Shown: positions 42,209 to 56,182 of the stretch, one piece after another | How positions within the stretch are numbered: the stretch's first letter is position 1 | Layout of the letters: the number at the start of each line of letters is the position of its first letter | Source of the DNA: Zygnema circumcarinatum SAG 698-1b | Lineage: Eukaryota > Plantae > Zygnematophyceae | Length of the DNA: 64,000 nt | Direction: 5' to 3' | Assembly: GCA_037447605.1 (NCBI GenBank) | Contig: CM074818.1 | Coordinates: 62,001-126,000 of the forward strand | Notes under the pieces: generated by a model | What the model was told of the DNA's origin: nothing | What the model saw: the letters and a program-made list of their open reading frames with translations, nothing else | Database searches by the model: none | Position numbers and translations under genes: made by a program

Positions 42209-42749
42209 GATATGATGTGCAGCAACGCTGATCAAGACGCTTCCAAGGATTGCAACGCCAAAAGTGGTTCCTTTGGGCCGGACATCCGGAAAATTCTTCT
42301 TGTGGGAGGCAGGGTAGGCGGTGAGAGTTTGCGAGCTGCATCGAGATGGCCGTGTGCTGTGTGCAGGGAGTGTGCAATAGTGTAAATATATTCCCTGCCT
42401 GTATGCTCCGTAGTGCAGTGCCGAGACTTCACCAGGATGTGACGCGTTGTTGAATGTTCTCTTGCGCTAATGAAAGCCTGCATTGCGTTGCATTGGATAG
42501 CACCAGCGCGTGTGTGCCAGTTTTGAATTGGCGAAACCATTTTTTACTGAATTAAGAAATAGAATTGTGAAAGGAAGTCCCCACGTCCACAGTCGCCCTC
42601 TCCTCTTCAAAGGCGCACGCCGTTGCATTCCATCCCATCCCTCCCAAGCCGCGCTGCTTTAATAAAGACTGAAAGGGCTCTCTTCCTCCCTTGACGTTCG
42701 TCCGAACGGCTATGGCACTCACTGCCAGGCAGTGGCGAGGACACGGTGG

Positions 42750-42774
42750 CCATGCCCATGCCCATGCTCATGCT

Positions 42775-42808
<34 letters not shown>

Positions 42809-42921
42809 CTGTCCATGCCCATGCTCATGCTCATGCCCATGGCTATGCCCATGCTGTCCATGCCCATGCTCATGCTCATGCCCATGGCTATGCCCATGCT
42901 GTCCATGCCCCTGCTCATGTT

Positions 42922-42955
<34 letters not shown>

Positions 42956-43113
42956 CTGTCCATGCCCATGCCCATGCTGTCCATGCCCATGCCCATGCTG
43001 TCCATGCCCATGCCCATGCCCATGCTGTCCATGCCCATGCCCATGCCCATGCTGTCCATGCCCATGCCCATGCCCATGCTGTCCATGCCCCTGCTCATGC
43101 TCATGCCCATGCC

Positions 43114-43186
<73 letters not shown>
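42750..43186. repeat. Compound (ATGCCC)n hexanucleotide repeat with ATGCTC, ATGGCT and ATGCTGTCC variants
   Basis: ~440 bp of CCATGC-based units, producing His-Ala, Met-Pro and Cys-Pro runs in the ORF track. Confidence 0.9.
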
Positions 43187-43188
<2 letters not shown>

Positions 43189-43410
43189 CCCCGCGGGCGG
43201 TGACTAGCGCCAAGCCCGCGTGCGCTGGCCGGCCGGCGGGCCATGCGGCCAGCCACGTGCCGGCGCCCAACGCTCGCTCTGCACTGAGAGGGGCGGGCTC
43301 GTGTACAGCCGGGCCGGGAGAGGGAGAAGGAGAGGGCTCGTGGCGCCTGCCTGCTCGCGCGCTCGCTCGGGGAGGAGGAGGAGGAGACGCGCTTAGGAGG
43401 CAGGGCTGCG

Positions 43411-46108
43411 ATGGACGGCCGCGCAGCGATGCAGCAGAAGTTGAGTCAGTGGCTGTGGTCGCTGCCAGGTCGGGATGTAAATGGGCCAGGTGGAGGGCAC
43501 AGCTCTCCTGACATCGACAAGCTGCAGGCGTCACTTCTCACCAAGGCCGGAGTCTCAGAGATAGACCTAAATCGTTCACCTCTTCACATAACAGAAGGGA
43601 GTGTCATAAAGCCCAGAGCTGTGCATAGCGCTTTCTCGACGGAGAAGAAGGAAGCGTTGAATGATGAAAAGCAGCAGCCAGCATGCATCCGACAAGGAGG
43701 AGGCGGGTCCATGCCAGAGGTTTCCGCTGCGTTCCGGGTACCGCCACATGTTAACTTCGAGCTCTTATGTCCATTCAACGAATTGCCAGCTTCTCCTAAA
43801 CGACGGTCTCACGACCTTCATCGCGTGCGGTAAGTGAGCGAGCAGGAGCCCTTGCAAAAGTGGTGATTTACATCTAGACGGGTGCATAACAGGATAGTGT
43901 CGACGCTCATGTCGAGCATCGTAAGACTTCTAAAGTGGCAACTTTCTCTATTGGTGGTAAACCAGAGATGCAGGCGACGACCGCCTGCGCATAATTTTCG
44001 GAGGTACTAAGGAGAAGGGTGTTAGAGCATCTCCATGGAAGCCATATTATCCTCAGACACGACGGTTTGTCAACACCAGTGTATCAGCTGCTCAAGGTTT
44101 GAGACCCATAGACTGACTCTTTCATTATTTTTCTTTTGGTGTTGAAATAACTTAGGTTTGTGTCAGCGTCTATTGTATCATATTACCTTCGAAGTTCATG
44201 CTTTTTTCTTCCACAAAATTTTCTAACCTTATACTGCTTGTTCTGTAAAACTCATCGACTTCATTTTTCATTTCCGCCGGAGACGCTGCAGACAAGCTGG
44301 GGGGCTCAATGAATCGATTCTTTTCGCACCGCAACTTCGACTCGACTGCTTGCCAATTCGGATTCAGTGGTGCATCATCACTTTTTAACAGCAGCATAGG
44401 TTCCAGCGACAGATTTACAGACGATCGATTTGGTGGACCTCCCTCCAGCAGCAATCCTGCATCCGAATTGCAACACGCACTCATGACTGGGGACTTTGAA
44501 GGCAACGAAATGGCAATGGATCTGCCGCCTTTAATGTTTGAAGTCGATAGGTCTTTATCAATCGTAGAGCCGTTACCGTTGTCCTCTCCTGATTGGACGC
44601 ACATGTGCTTGCCTGGATCAAGCGTGGGGAGCCTAGAGCAGGAGAGCCTGGACCTCTGTCAATCTGGAGTAAGTGCAGAAAGTATGAATCTGGAGCGTTC
44701 GACGGAAACACCAGGTCCTTTGGGCTCGGAAAGAAGCCTCTCTAAAGGCGCGGTTAAATTTGAACCTCAAGAGGAAATTCATCATGACGCTGCCGAAAGG
44801 AGTGATGTGCTCGACACCAGGCGCCGCAAGTTCGAAGAAGTATCATTGGAAGTTCCAGTAAACGCATCTGCTGCAGATACTCACCAAACGTTGGCGTGTT
44901 CGATTTGTATAGACTGCGGAAAGCAGTTTCAAACTCCACAGGCAAACACTCTCTCTCCCTCGTCCTCCCCCACCCGCTCCCCCTATTTGTCCCTCTTCTG
45001 TTCGCATCCTTCAATTTTTTGTTTGTGTTGGTCGTCCTCACCGCTTTGAACACTTCCTAACAGGTTTCATTGCTGGGCGTTTTCCTCTTTGCCTCTTTCT
45101 CTCACTTCTTTATTCCTAACTCCATCTGTTCCACTTGGTGTCTGTTTATTGAATCCGCTCCCCTTGCAGGCTCTGGGAGGGCATATGAGTTCGCATAGAC
45201 GGAGCAGTAAGAAGCACTTAAACTTTCTTTATAGCACTTTGGGAATATTTCTTCCTTTCTTTTTCCAATTAGAAGTTGTGAATTGTCTGAATGGCTGCCA
45301 ACGCTAGTGGTCCTACGTCCCCTGCGCCGACAAAAAGAAAGGGGGTGCAGAATTGGCAAGATCGCGGCAGTTGTCACCCTCATCGGGCATCAATCAGCTT
45401 CCGCCCCAGTTTGGCAGCGCGGCTATCGACGGCGGGTGAGTATGATCAAGCTTATGAATGGTGTCTCAATATTGCAAGTCCTGGTCAATATCATTAGACC
45501 GTAAGTTTAGCCTGGTCACCCTGACTTACGATTCTTCAACAAATTGCTTACCAAACGTGAATGTGAATTGTTTCTGCAGGAATCCTCTGATGGATCGAGT
45601 GCAGTCCGCCAGTCACCCCCCGGTCCCCCCCCCTCTGCTCAGCGGCCCGTCGCGGAGCAGCGGCGCGGTGCCTCCACCCGCAGCCGCCTTCCTGCTCTCT
45701 CTAGGCGCACAGCTCAGGGACGCCGCAGGCAGTGGTGCCCGCAGTCCCTTGGTGGTGCCCCCAAGCGTCGCAGCGCCCACACACGCAGGGCCACGCGTCG
45801 CTGAACTCGCGCAGCTCGCAGCCGACTCTTCCTTCGCGCCCGGAGTGCAGCTTCCAGGGGGGAGAGCGGTTGACGGGGTGGTGCCTGCCATGTGGCAGTC
45901 TCTGCAAGGGGCGAAAGGAGCAGATGGGCGCGGACTTCTGAGTGGCGCCTTGGATGGAATGCCCTCTGACCTACATGTCCCTGCGCCTCCCATCCCGCCG
46001 CCTAACTCCACGTATTTGGCAGGGAGGATCGTTCAGATTGGAGGCAGGCTCTATCGCTTGCGTCCCATAGAGCAGGGCAGTCCAGGGCCTGCAACTCGCC
46101 TCTCTTAG
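43411..46108 (+). CDS. Single C2H2 zinc-finger protein with plant QALGGH motif and an N-terminal DLNxxP (EAR-like) motif
   Basis: CIDCGKQFQTPQ|ALGGHMSSH fits C-x2-C-x12-H-x3-H. Phase-compatible exons 43411-43829, 43966-44003, 44292-44941, 45170-45206, 45351-45435, 45580-46108; IDLNRSP in exon 1. Confidence 0.8.
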
Positions 46109-46788
46109 GGGGAGGCTGCAGACGGAGGGACTGGAGGGAAGAAATCAGCGCAGCGAAGATTGGTTGCAGAGCTGTGCTTGTGCTTCGCCAGAGGATATCA
46201 GTAGCAGTAGGCGCTAGCGGTAGTTGTAAGGATGGCGATGGTGGTAGTAGAGAGGAGGGCTCTGTGGCAGTCAAGGTCGATCTGCATCAGTGAAGCAGAC
46301 GTGCTCCATGATGTGCTCCGTGTCACTGGAGTCTGATTTCTTTTGCCATGAAATAATGACACGTATGATATGAGACGTATGAGCTAGACCGACCGTCGCG
46401 CTCTGAGAATTTACAATAAAATCAACACGTGCGGATACCTTTGTTACTCGTCTTGCTCAATTTTCTGAGTGAACATTGAACCAACCTTTGAACTTGCGGC
46501 TGCGAATTTTCCAATGGCTCATTCGCTCACTCAAACTTTACGGCTTGAAAGTTCGATGTTAGCTTTTGAGGCGCTTGTCGGCGACTCTACAAATCCGTGC
46601 GGGCCATGTCCTCTGCCTTTATCCAAGGGCTGAACGCGCTCGGAGCGAGGGCCGCCTTCAGCAGAGCCCCACGACCAGCCGCTCTCCTTCAAGAAGCCAA
46701 AATGCCAGTGAAGTGATCCAATTTGATGCGGCATATGAGGGGCTTTTCTCTTCTTGCTTGGCCCGCCCTCCATGGCACGCAGGGCCTG

Positions 46789-46902
46789 CCGTACCGTACG
46801 GCACCATACGGATTCCGGGCTTATTATCAGATTTGATCCCGGACCCTCAGTGTGGCCCGCCGTATGGTACGGTGAAGTACGGTCAATACGGAATCCGTAC
46901 GG
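46789..46902. mobile_element. Short MITE-like element with interleaved inverted repeats
   Basis: CCGTACCGTACGGC (46789) pairs with GCCGTATGGTACGG (46859), and CCATACGGATTCCG (46804) pairs with CGGAATCCGTACGG (46889), 13/14 each. No TSD identified. Confidence 0.35.
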
Positions 46903-47283
46903 ATCGAGCAGTGTGAGGCCGCCGGCCTCATCGACGGAGGGGCCGCGGCCGTCGAATGGATGGACGCAGCGGACGGCCGAGGACGCAGCGAGGCGGGGCG
47001 GGGCGGGGAGCCTGCATGGCTCGGCGGCGCGGTGGGCGAGGGAGGGAGGGCCGCCTGCATGGCACGGGCTGCTGCTGCTGCTGCTCGGGGAGGGGGAAGG
47101 CTGCAGCCGGCGGCCACAGCAGGGGCTATTGTACTTCCTGCAAGGCAGGTGAACGAGGGCGCATCGAGTGCATGAGAGTGGCTCCTCAGGTTCTGGCTTT
47201 AATAGCAACATGGCCTGCTCAAGGATGGAATTGGGGAACGAGAAGCGAGGGGGGCAGGGAGATTGGTAGATATGCTCTGTTGA

Positions 47284-50200
47284 ATGGTGAACATGAATTT
47301 TGGGAGAATTCGGTGTGGTAGAAATGGATTGGAAACTGGAGCTGAGCTGGATATGCTTTATGAAATACTCAGCTGCAGTAGCTTTTGTTTAGCGATGGAA
47401 AGAGCTGGATTCATAACACAAAGCTGGAATAGAGGTCTTTATAATAGGCCATGTCGAGAAGAAGGTTAAAACGATGATGATATCCGGTTCCACTGGAGCG
47501 AGAGCCTAGATATTATACTATCGATGTTGCATGGCTGTTTTAAATACTGGCACTACTTATTTTCATGATGTTCGGATCCTTGGATCTTTCCATTCTGCGT
47601 CAAGAAATTATTAAAGAGATTCGAACATGTATCGTGTGTTGACGCTTGTCTGCATCAGATTGGAACAATCATTCCATCATTGAAAAGTTTCTTGAGACTC
47701 GTCGTGGGACAAGACGCCTCGGACTGTTCTGCGTACATGCGTATATGCAGCAGCAGTTTTTGTCGAAACCTCACTTTCCATGTTGAATGCGCTGGCCGGG
47801 GACTGGTTGAAAATTTCACAGACTGACAATCTGATAAACATAAGATATTGTTCTGCCATCTGCCGTGGTGTTGCAGAGCTCGAATTAATGTCCATTGGAA
47901 TTGGTGGCGAAGCTCGTGTCATGGAGGGCATGACGAAGTCCTTTGTCGAGAATATGAACACGGCTGATGAAGTCCGAAGTTTAGGAAAACACGACCCCCT
48001 TCTTCAAGATGCATCTTCCCTTCATGCTCTGGATACAAGGGTGGATGCGACGCAGAGCGGTTCGTCAAAGCTGAAAACCGTCGAATGCGTGACCCTATTG
48101 ATGGGAGCCATCGATGGCACAGAGGAGAAAGGTTCCAACCAGCAGTGGCTGGTTGATGATGAAAAGGTGGGACAGGCAGCCGATATTGCCAAAACATTTG
48201 TTTCCACAATAGTAAGCTTTTATGGGCATATCCTTTCCATTCAATATTGACAATGGTTACGAATCTACGGTATCAAACATCCAAAGTCGATCAGACAATA
48301 CTCCTTTAGAACATGTTACCTTTGCCCTCCCCCCTGGCGTTTCATGTAGCCCATCATTTCAGTTTCTCACACTTCGCAACTTTTAGGAGATCGAGTTCTG
48401 TCCAGGTTATGGACGATGATGATTTTCCCAAGACTGCAATATGTCATTAGCCTTTTTTTAGCACAGACCGCAGGTGTTGCAACCGTTATGGCGAATGATT
48501 GTAACCTGTAAAGGCATGCTATAGGCGGCATACTTTTCTCCTTCCACGCGTTACAGTCATTCTCTTTGATTTAGCCAAACTGCAGTGCTGCTGTACCTGA
48601 ATTCGTTTTTGTTTATGCCATGATCTTGAAATCATCTTTTCGTATCGCAGCAGGGAAACAGCCGTGTACATTCAGGACAGTCGGAGCAAGAGCTGGCAGA
48701 CCTCCAAAGGGGTGCGCCCTCTGAAGGCGTAGAGGGCATGGAGCCCCTCCAAGAGGTCTTCAGGGCAGCATCGACCGATACAGCGCAGGACCTTTTCCGA
48801 CCGACTTTAGTGCAGAAGCGGAGGAGACTGGACAGGCACGCTACGCTGGATGAAGGCAACCCTCCATCGCTTACGCCGTGCAATTCCTCGACTGCTTGCT
48901 TTAGGAATAACGAATATCGAGGACATGCAGGAGGCAGATGCTCCTCCGAGGACGAAGAGACAGATGCAAATGGCAAGATGGGCACAGATGTGCTTCCATT
49001 ACACACGGAGAAACAGAGTGGATTGGATCCACGTGACGAATTGAAGAATGACAATAAACCCATCTTTGACAGCGAGAGCAACAACAAGAACGATGGTGTA
49101 CAGAAACGTATGAGCCTCTCTAAGATGGCTGAAGAAATCTGCGAGGCCGATGGATGGCCGCATGAGGCCACTGCCGAAGAGGCCGGAGCACTTCCTGCAC
49201 AAGCTTCTGAAAAACCGATCGAGACTGCTTTTGATGATCTCTGTCCGGCTTTGGACAATGGCGATGAAAAGCACTTGCTGCATGCTTCCATGCAAGAACT
49301 GGAGCCGCGGCTGAAGCAGCTTCAAGAGAATTTGGCGATGACCATTGGGGCTACTGAAGGTGGAAGTGACAGAAAGGCTTGCCTCCTCGAAGAGATACAA
49401 GCTGAAAGGGGTGATAAGGATGATGTAAATGCACAAAACTGCACTCAAAATGTCCCCTCTGTCAGCCACGCAGAAGCTTGGGCTGTTGAAAGCGGGGGTG
49501 GGAAAGGGAGCAAGCCACAAGCTGGTGTTACCACTGCACTATCAGAGCATCCTTCTCTGAATCCGGAGAGCTTACCTTTGTCTTGCGGGATCTCCTTTAC
49601 TCCTCTCCCATCACATGGGCTGGTCCATCAAGACCCTTCTGTAGGATGCTCCTTTGAATCCGGACCACTCTTGTCTTTTCCATTCTCGACGCCCCCGCAG
49701 AGATCCCAAGGAGGAAGTCAGCTCGGTAATTCGACAAGTACGAAGGAGACTACTTCAACTAAGGTCTCGAAGCCATTGTGCGGAGTTTTAGGCCAAAGGC
49801 GGAAAGTTCGTTTAATCAGTCACAGGGGAAGCTTAGGGGACGACCGCAAGGAGGGGCCACTGCCCCGCCAGGAAAGTCTTAAACGCACAAAGATCCCTTA
49901 TGAGCATGCGGTGGGTGACATCCTCTCATCACACATGCATACATACGAGCCGACTTAAAGCACATGCGCTTCTAACTTTTTTCGCATATGAATTCTTATT
50001 ACTGTTTGAACTTTTCAATCATCTTTTTTGTGTGCAGCAAATACTGCGGCGTTTCGCAGAAAATGCAAAGTGGGATTCCCACAGAATCGACACAAAGCAG
50101 GCAGCGGAGATATGTGTCGCAACTAAACTCAACATGCAGCAGCTCAAGAAATGGATGTCAAACCACCGGCCTAAGGTGAAATTCATGCCATTCTTCGCTT

Positions 50201-51911
50201 AATCTTTGAGAAGCAGCAGATAGATTGGTTTAGTTTCTTTATTTAAAAAAGGCAGGAACAACTGCGTACTTACTTCTAGCTGCTGGGACTTATCATCCTA
50301 TTATAGCTTACGTGTTCGAAACCATTCATACGCAGGATTCGATAGCCATGGATCACGCATTTCAGTCTTCATGGACTCCCAATACCTACTCCCTGCAGAA
50401 TGCGAGTTGGCCGATGATGGGTCCGCCATGCTCGCATGGAGAGGCCGACCTCCCAGCGACCAGCAGCCCAAGTCCCGATTCTCCTGAAAGGGTCGACGTT
50501 CAACCCCAATGGGTGAAGGGGCTCGCGGGCAGTTCTGGGCTGCCCTTTCAAGGAGAGGGAGGAGAAGGAGAGTGCGGACCGCAGTTCGCGAAAAAGGGAG
50601 GACCTCAAGATGGGCTGTTCGGGCAGGACGGGTCTGCCTTTGACGCATTCAGACAGGAGCAGACTGCGAGCCCTTGCCATGGCCTGCATCAGTCCGGGCA
50701 GTCAGTGGTGGACTGCGAGCTGATGAGCAGGGAAGGGTTGGACGGAAGTGTGGCTCGTTGTGGAGCAACAGCAATGTTTGAAAGTTCGGGGAAAGAGGGA
50801 GATGGTCGCTGTCTGCAATCAGCAGCTGCACCGGAGCCCTCCTTGGCGAGAGAAAAAGGGGGAGGTGGTGTCGAATATATCGACTCTCCCAACACTTCCG
50901 CTGTGGGACAAGAGCTCTCTGCTCCATCACTTAGGCGGCTTGACTGCCTCACCGTTAGCTGCGATTTCAGTCATTTTCCTCTTATTGGAAAGCACAAATG
51001 TAGCAGCAGATACATAGAAGTGCCTCCAGATAGGCCTGATGCAGTAAGTCTCCGCCTGAGACCTGGTCTGCCTGCCCCCTCGGGTCATGGAAGCTATGAA
51101 GTCGGCGGTGGGCTGTTCTGTGCGGATAGTGCGAGGCCGCCCTTTCAGCCGCCACACTTTCATGCCGGCCCCCACTACCATGTGATGGGCGAGCTGGGAG
51201 CACAGCCGAGCTTGCACTTGGGCATGGCCCCCTGCGAGTTCGGTCCCATGGCCATGGGGAGAGCAGACAATGGCCCCCCCTGCGCATGCGAAGATTTTTT
51301 GGCAGAGTCGGCAGGACTGCGGCTTGGCATTGGCAACTACTCGCAGTTTTTTGCTTCTTCTTGCGATGACGCTGAGTGGAACTTTGCTAACCACATGCAT
51401 TTCGTTCGACCGACGATTGGTGTGTACTCACAAGAGCAGGTCGGTCAGAAGGCGCTGCATTCTCAGTGCTCATCTGATGACCACCGTCAGCTGCAGCACG
51501 AGTGCAGGGAGGAAATGGGCTCCTTTCAGTCAGCAAGGGGAGGGTACTACTGCTGCGCCCCCCCCATGTACTCTCCGCAGGACTCCTGCATGGCCCCGTC
51601 CCGCACTTCTGACTTTACACAGCTGGTCGAAGAGTCGGAGAGTCCACAGCTCATGGTTCCCATGAACGACATTGTAAGCAGAAATTTTCCAAGCATGGCT
51701 GGAATAATGAACTCTACTTCAACGATAGGATTCCCCGGCCCAGATCATCCAGTGAATCCAAGCAGCTATGGCAACTTGATAAATAGAAAAACAGGAGAAC
51801 AAATTCTGGACTTCACGGACTACGGCCGAGATCCAAAAAGCACCTCGAAGAATGGAAGAGGACATGGCGCGCATACCACTTCGTGCCTGAACGTGGACGA
51901 TCGCTGCAGAG
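47284..51911 (+). CDS. Exons encoding an atypical homeodomain of the ZF-HD class within long low-complexity regions; probably the 5' part of a gene continuing into the B3 exons
   Basis: Spliced KRTKIPYEHA|QILRRFAENAKWDSHRIDTKQAAEICVATKLNMQQLKKWMSNHRPK aligns without gaps to the ZF-HD homeodomain pattern RTKF..EQ...M..FAE..GW.....D......FC...G.....LK.WMHNNK. Phase-compatible exons ~47284-47464, 47751-48211, ~48654-49910, 50038-50175, 50336-51911. Confidence 0.75.
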
Positions 51912-52131
51912 GTATGTCATCATGTGGGCCGGTCAACAGGCCCTCCACGGAGTGTAACCTTCTGAGGCGCATCCGACCACCCAGACATGCTGCTTCTCCT
52001 TGCTCTGTCTGTCTAGTTATGATTACTCAGCCTCGTTCCGTTTCTCTATTCTCTGTCCTATCTCAAAGCGAAGCAGAGGAGTAGGTAGTTGCAGTGCAGG
52101 CTGAGGCTGAGGCAGAGGCTGTCTCCCGCAG

Positions 52132-54804
52132 GGGGCGAAGCGCCCTCCCGTCGGCGCGCGCGCAGAGCGGCGCTGCTCGCGGCGCGCAGTGGGAGTGGGA
52201 GTGGGAGTGGAGGGGGAGGGCGGGCAGGGGGAGGAGGAGGAGAGGGAGGGCCGGCGGGGCGGCGGGCGCAGGCCGCGGCGCGGCCGTGGGCCAAACGGGA
52301 CGCGGGCTTCCTCCGCCGCGGGGCGCCCGTGAGCTCCGCCGCATTCACCCTCCTGTTGGGAGACAGGGACTGATCTTTCAGTCGTAGGTAGATATGGCAG
52401 GTTGAGGAGGAGGATAAAGCAAGGCAAGGGTGAAGGACCGGGGTAGGGGAGGGAGGGGAGGGGGAGGTTATGATCCATTTGAAGGCATTAAGCAACAGTT
52501 AATGGAATTAATGGCTTCTTGTAATGCCATGCTGTTGTGCCAAATCTGAGGCACTGATAAGCATTATTCCGTGACGAATGTGATGCTTTAACATGTTAGT
52601 AATGGACTGGATACACATTGGATGCGCTTTTCTTATGAGTGCAGAGCCCTATCGAGGGCGTCCTTTTCGAAAAGGCTTTGTCGAACACTGACACGAGCCA
52701 TCTCGGGCGCATCATCCTCCCTAAGGTGAGGGGCAATCCGGAGCACGTGGCTTATTTGGACGACGGGCAATTCCTTTTCTCGAAGACGAATGGTGGCAAG
52801 TTGGCCTCCCATTTTCCCCATTTGGGTGCATTGTCGAGAGCAGGGCCACAAAAGCATTACTCGCAGAGTGAAGAAACGTGACGAGCTCCAGTGTGAGAGA
52901 GAAGAGTAGGGCACTTCGTTTCCTCCTTTTTATCTCTGGCGGCGCTCATTCTGCTGCGCGGGGGGGCGCAGGCTCCGGCGGAGAAGTACCTCCCCCGGGT
53001 GGAGCGCGGCGAGGGCATTCCTCTCGTGGTGGAGGACGGCGGCGGCGGACAGTGGCGCTTCCGCTACAGGCACGCGCCTCGCGTGGGGGAGCGGGCGACG
53101 GGAGTGAGGGGAGAGACGAGCGACGAGAGGAAAGGAAGAGGAGAGAGGAGAGACGAGAGGAGGGTGGAGAGGAGGGAGAAGAGGAGAGCAAAAATGTGAG
53201 GAAGGAAAGAAAAGGTGAGACGAGAGCGGAGGATGACGGGGCACGGTGAGGTCGCTTTCAGCTGACGGGAACTGTCGCGGGCGGCGCAGGTATTGGCCGA
53301 ACAATCGGAGCCGCATGTACGTCCTCGAGCACGCCGGTGCGCCGCCCACGCCCCCCCTCCCCCTCCTCTCGTCCTCTCCTCCTCTCTTCTTTCTGTCGCA
53401 TGTTGATTGTCGCGTCGCGTCGCCGCCACCGCGCGGTCGCCCGGAGAGAGGAGAGGTCGCGCCGCGCCGGCCCGCCGTAGGCGTTGAATGGTCTGCCAGG
53501 GCGGGCACGTGCGGTTGTCGGCCGCGTCACTTGCTTTCATTGCTTTTTACTCGTTTCATTTTAAATTTGAACTTGCAAACGTGTAGTTCGAGCAGATCTA
53601 GCTGTAGGCACAGTCTCAGAGGGCATAATAATGTCGGAAGGAGTGGACACTAGTTGATGCATAGTGGTCGTTGCGGCGATTGCAGGTGATTTTATCAAGC
53701 ACCACAATCTGAAGGCAGGCGACTCGGTTGAGTTTTGCCGATCCGAGCTTGGCCATCTCGTGAGCCACTTGGCCCTCTTCATCTCTCCTTCCCTTGAATG
53801 GAAAAAACGATGCAGGAGGTACTGAGAATTCTTAGATTAAACATGCTTGTCTTCGTCGAATTTGAGCCACTTTTGCATACCATGTTTGTCATGCGGACAG
53901 GTCCTAAGAGGAAGGAAAGCGCATCATTCACCATTCACTCATGGAACAGCGCTTTCTACTGCCACTACTTCACTTTCTCTGGGAGAAGAAAGCTCGCTTC
54001 TGACATCCGCAGAAGCCTGCGGTACAAGCAAGTGCTTGTCCCCACCAGAAAGCCCACTACTGGGTGGGTCCATAAAGGAAGAACATAATATTTTTCCAAG
54101 TCAGTCGGTAGCTCCTATCGAGGAGCCAGCGGTAGGTGGCAGAGGTCGGCTAGAAGGCGACAGAGAGGACGATTCGCGAATGGGTTCCCAAGGCGCGTTG
54201 GAGGAGCTGGCCGTCATGCCATGTCGGCGGGAGGAGGGCCTCAGACGGGACAACGAGCTTTCCTTGAACGGTACATCTTTTCCGTTTCTGCGATTACTCC
54301 TGTTCCGCTTGTGAATCAGGTGCACTCTGTGACATGTGCCGGTCGCAGGAGTGCACTCGTACTGGTGGCAACTTGTCCCCAGAATGAACTTTGTCTTGTC
54401 GTCAAATCACTGCGGTAGTTCGGCTTGTTTCTAGTGGAAGACATGCTCAAAGTTCTGACATCGTCTCATCTTTTGGAGGGTCCATATTTAGCTTCGGTCA
54501 TGCTCCACTCTGTCTGAGCTACTTGTTTAACTGAAACCGTTGTGCTTTTGGCGTTAATCCAGCAGTTGCCGAACTTCCAGCGTATTCTCCGACGGTACTA
54601 GGTCCTTCCAGCGGCTACGACGACCGCGGCGAGGTGCGCACCTTTACTCAGTCTACTCAGTCTACTTAGGTTACTCTACCTGTGATTGGTCGTTTTTCTC
54701 GCCAGGCACCAAAACCCTCACATTGGCGTGGTCTGCAAAGCACTGCCCGCCGTCCTCACCGATGGACGACTTCCCGTTGTGGCAGGCGGAAAAGGCCTAA
54801 GTAG
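52132..54804 (+). CDS. LAV-family (FUS3/ABI3/LEC2-like) B3 DNA-binding domain exons; probably the 3' part of the homeodomain gene
   Basis: LFEKALSNTDTSHLGRIILPK|APAEKYLPRVERGEGIPLVVED...WRFRYR|YWPNNRSRMYVLEHAG|DFIKHHNLKAGD...HL|VLRGRK (exons 52645-52725, 52972-53069, 53290-53336, 53686-53759, 53901-). Terminal exons are less certain. Confidence 0.85.
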
Positions 54805-55059
54805 GCGAGCGGCGACCAAAGCTCGTTCGAATTTGCTACACCTTCCCTAAAGGCGAAGGAAAAGGCGACACTCCATGAGGACCTTAGGCTCTCGTGTCCA
54901 GAAGTAGCATGGAAGAGCGCGAGTTGCTCTTTTTGTTGCAGTTTTGTACAGGTTCAGGACCTCGAGCGTCTTGAGGGGGAGTGCGCTCTCGGCGTGGATG
55001 CTGAAGTAAAGCGGAGGGGGGCTAACAGATGCAATCAAAGTACACATACCGTCTGCAAT

Positions 55060-56001
<942 letters not shown>

Positions 56002-56182
56002 TGCGCGGGCACGCTGGAGCCGCCCTTTTTTGGCAACACACACTGGCAACAAATTTTGGCTGAGAACTCCAAACAGGCACGTTTGGTTATGGGCATGGGC
56101 TTGTAGAGAAAAGTAAGAAAGCACAGGGAATAGGCGGACATGCCGCGGTTGCTCAGCACAACCAGACTCCTGTGCACTGTCG

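Noticed and set aside
42607-43534. His-Ala, Met-Pro, Cys-Pro and Gly-Met repeat ORFs resembling metal-binding proteins
   Set aside because: All frames are open only because of the hexamer repeat, and internal frameshifts switch the peptide pattern. There is no independent coding evidence.
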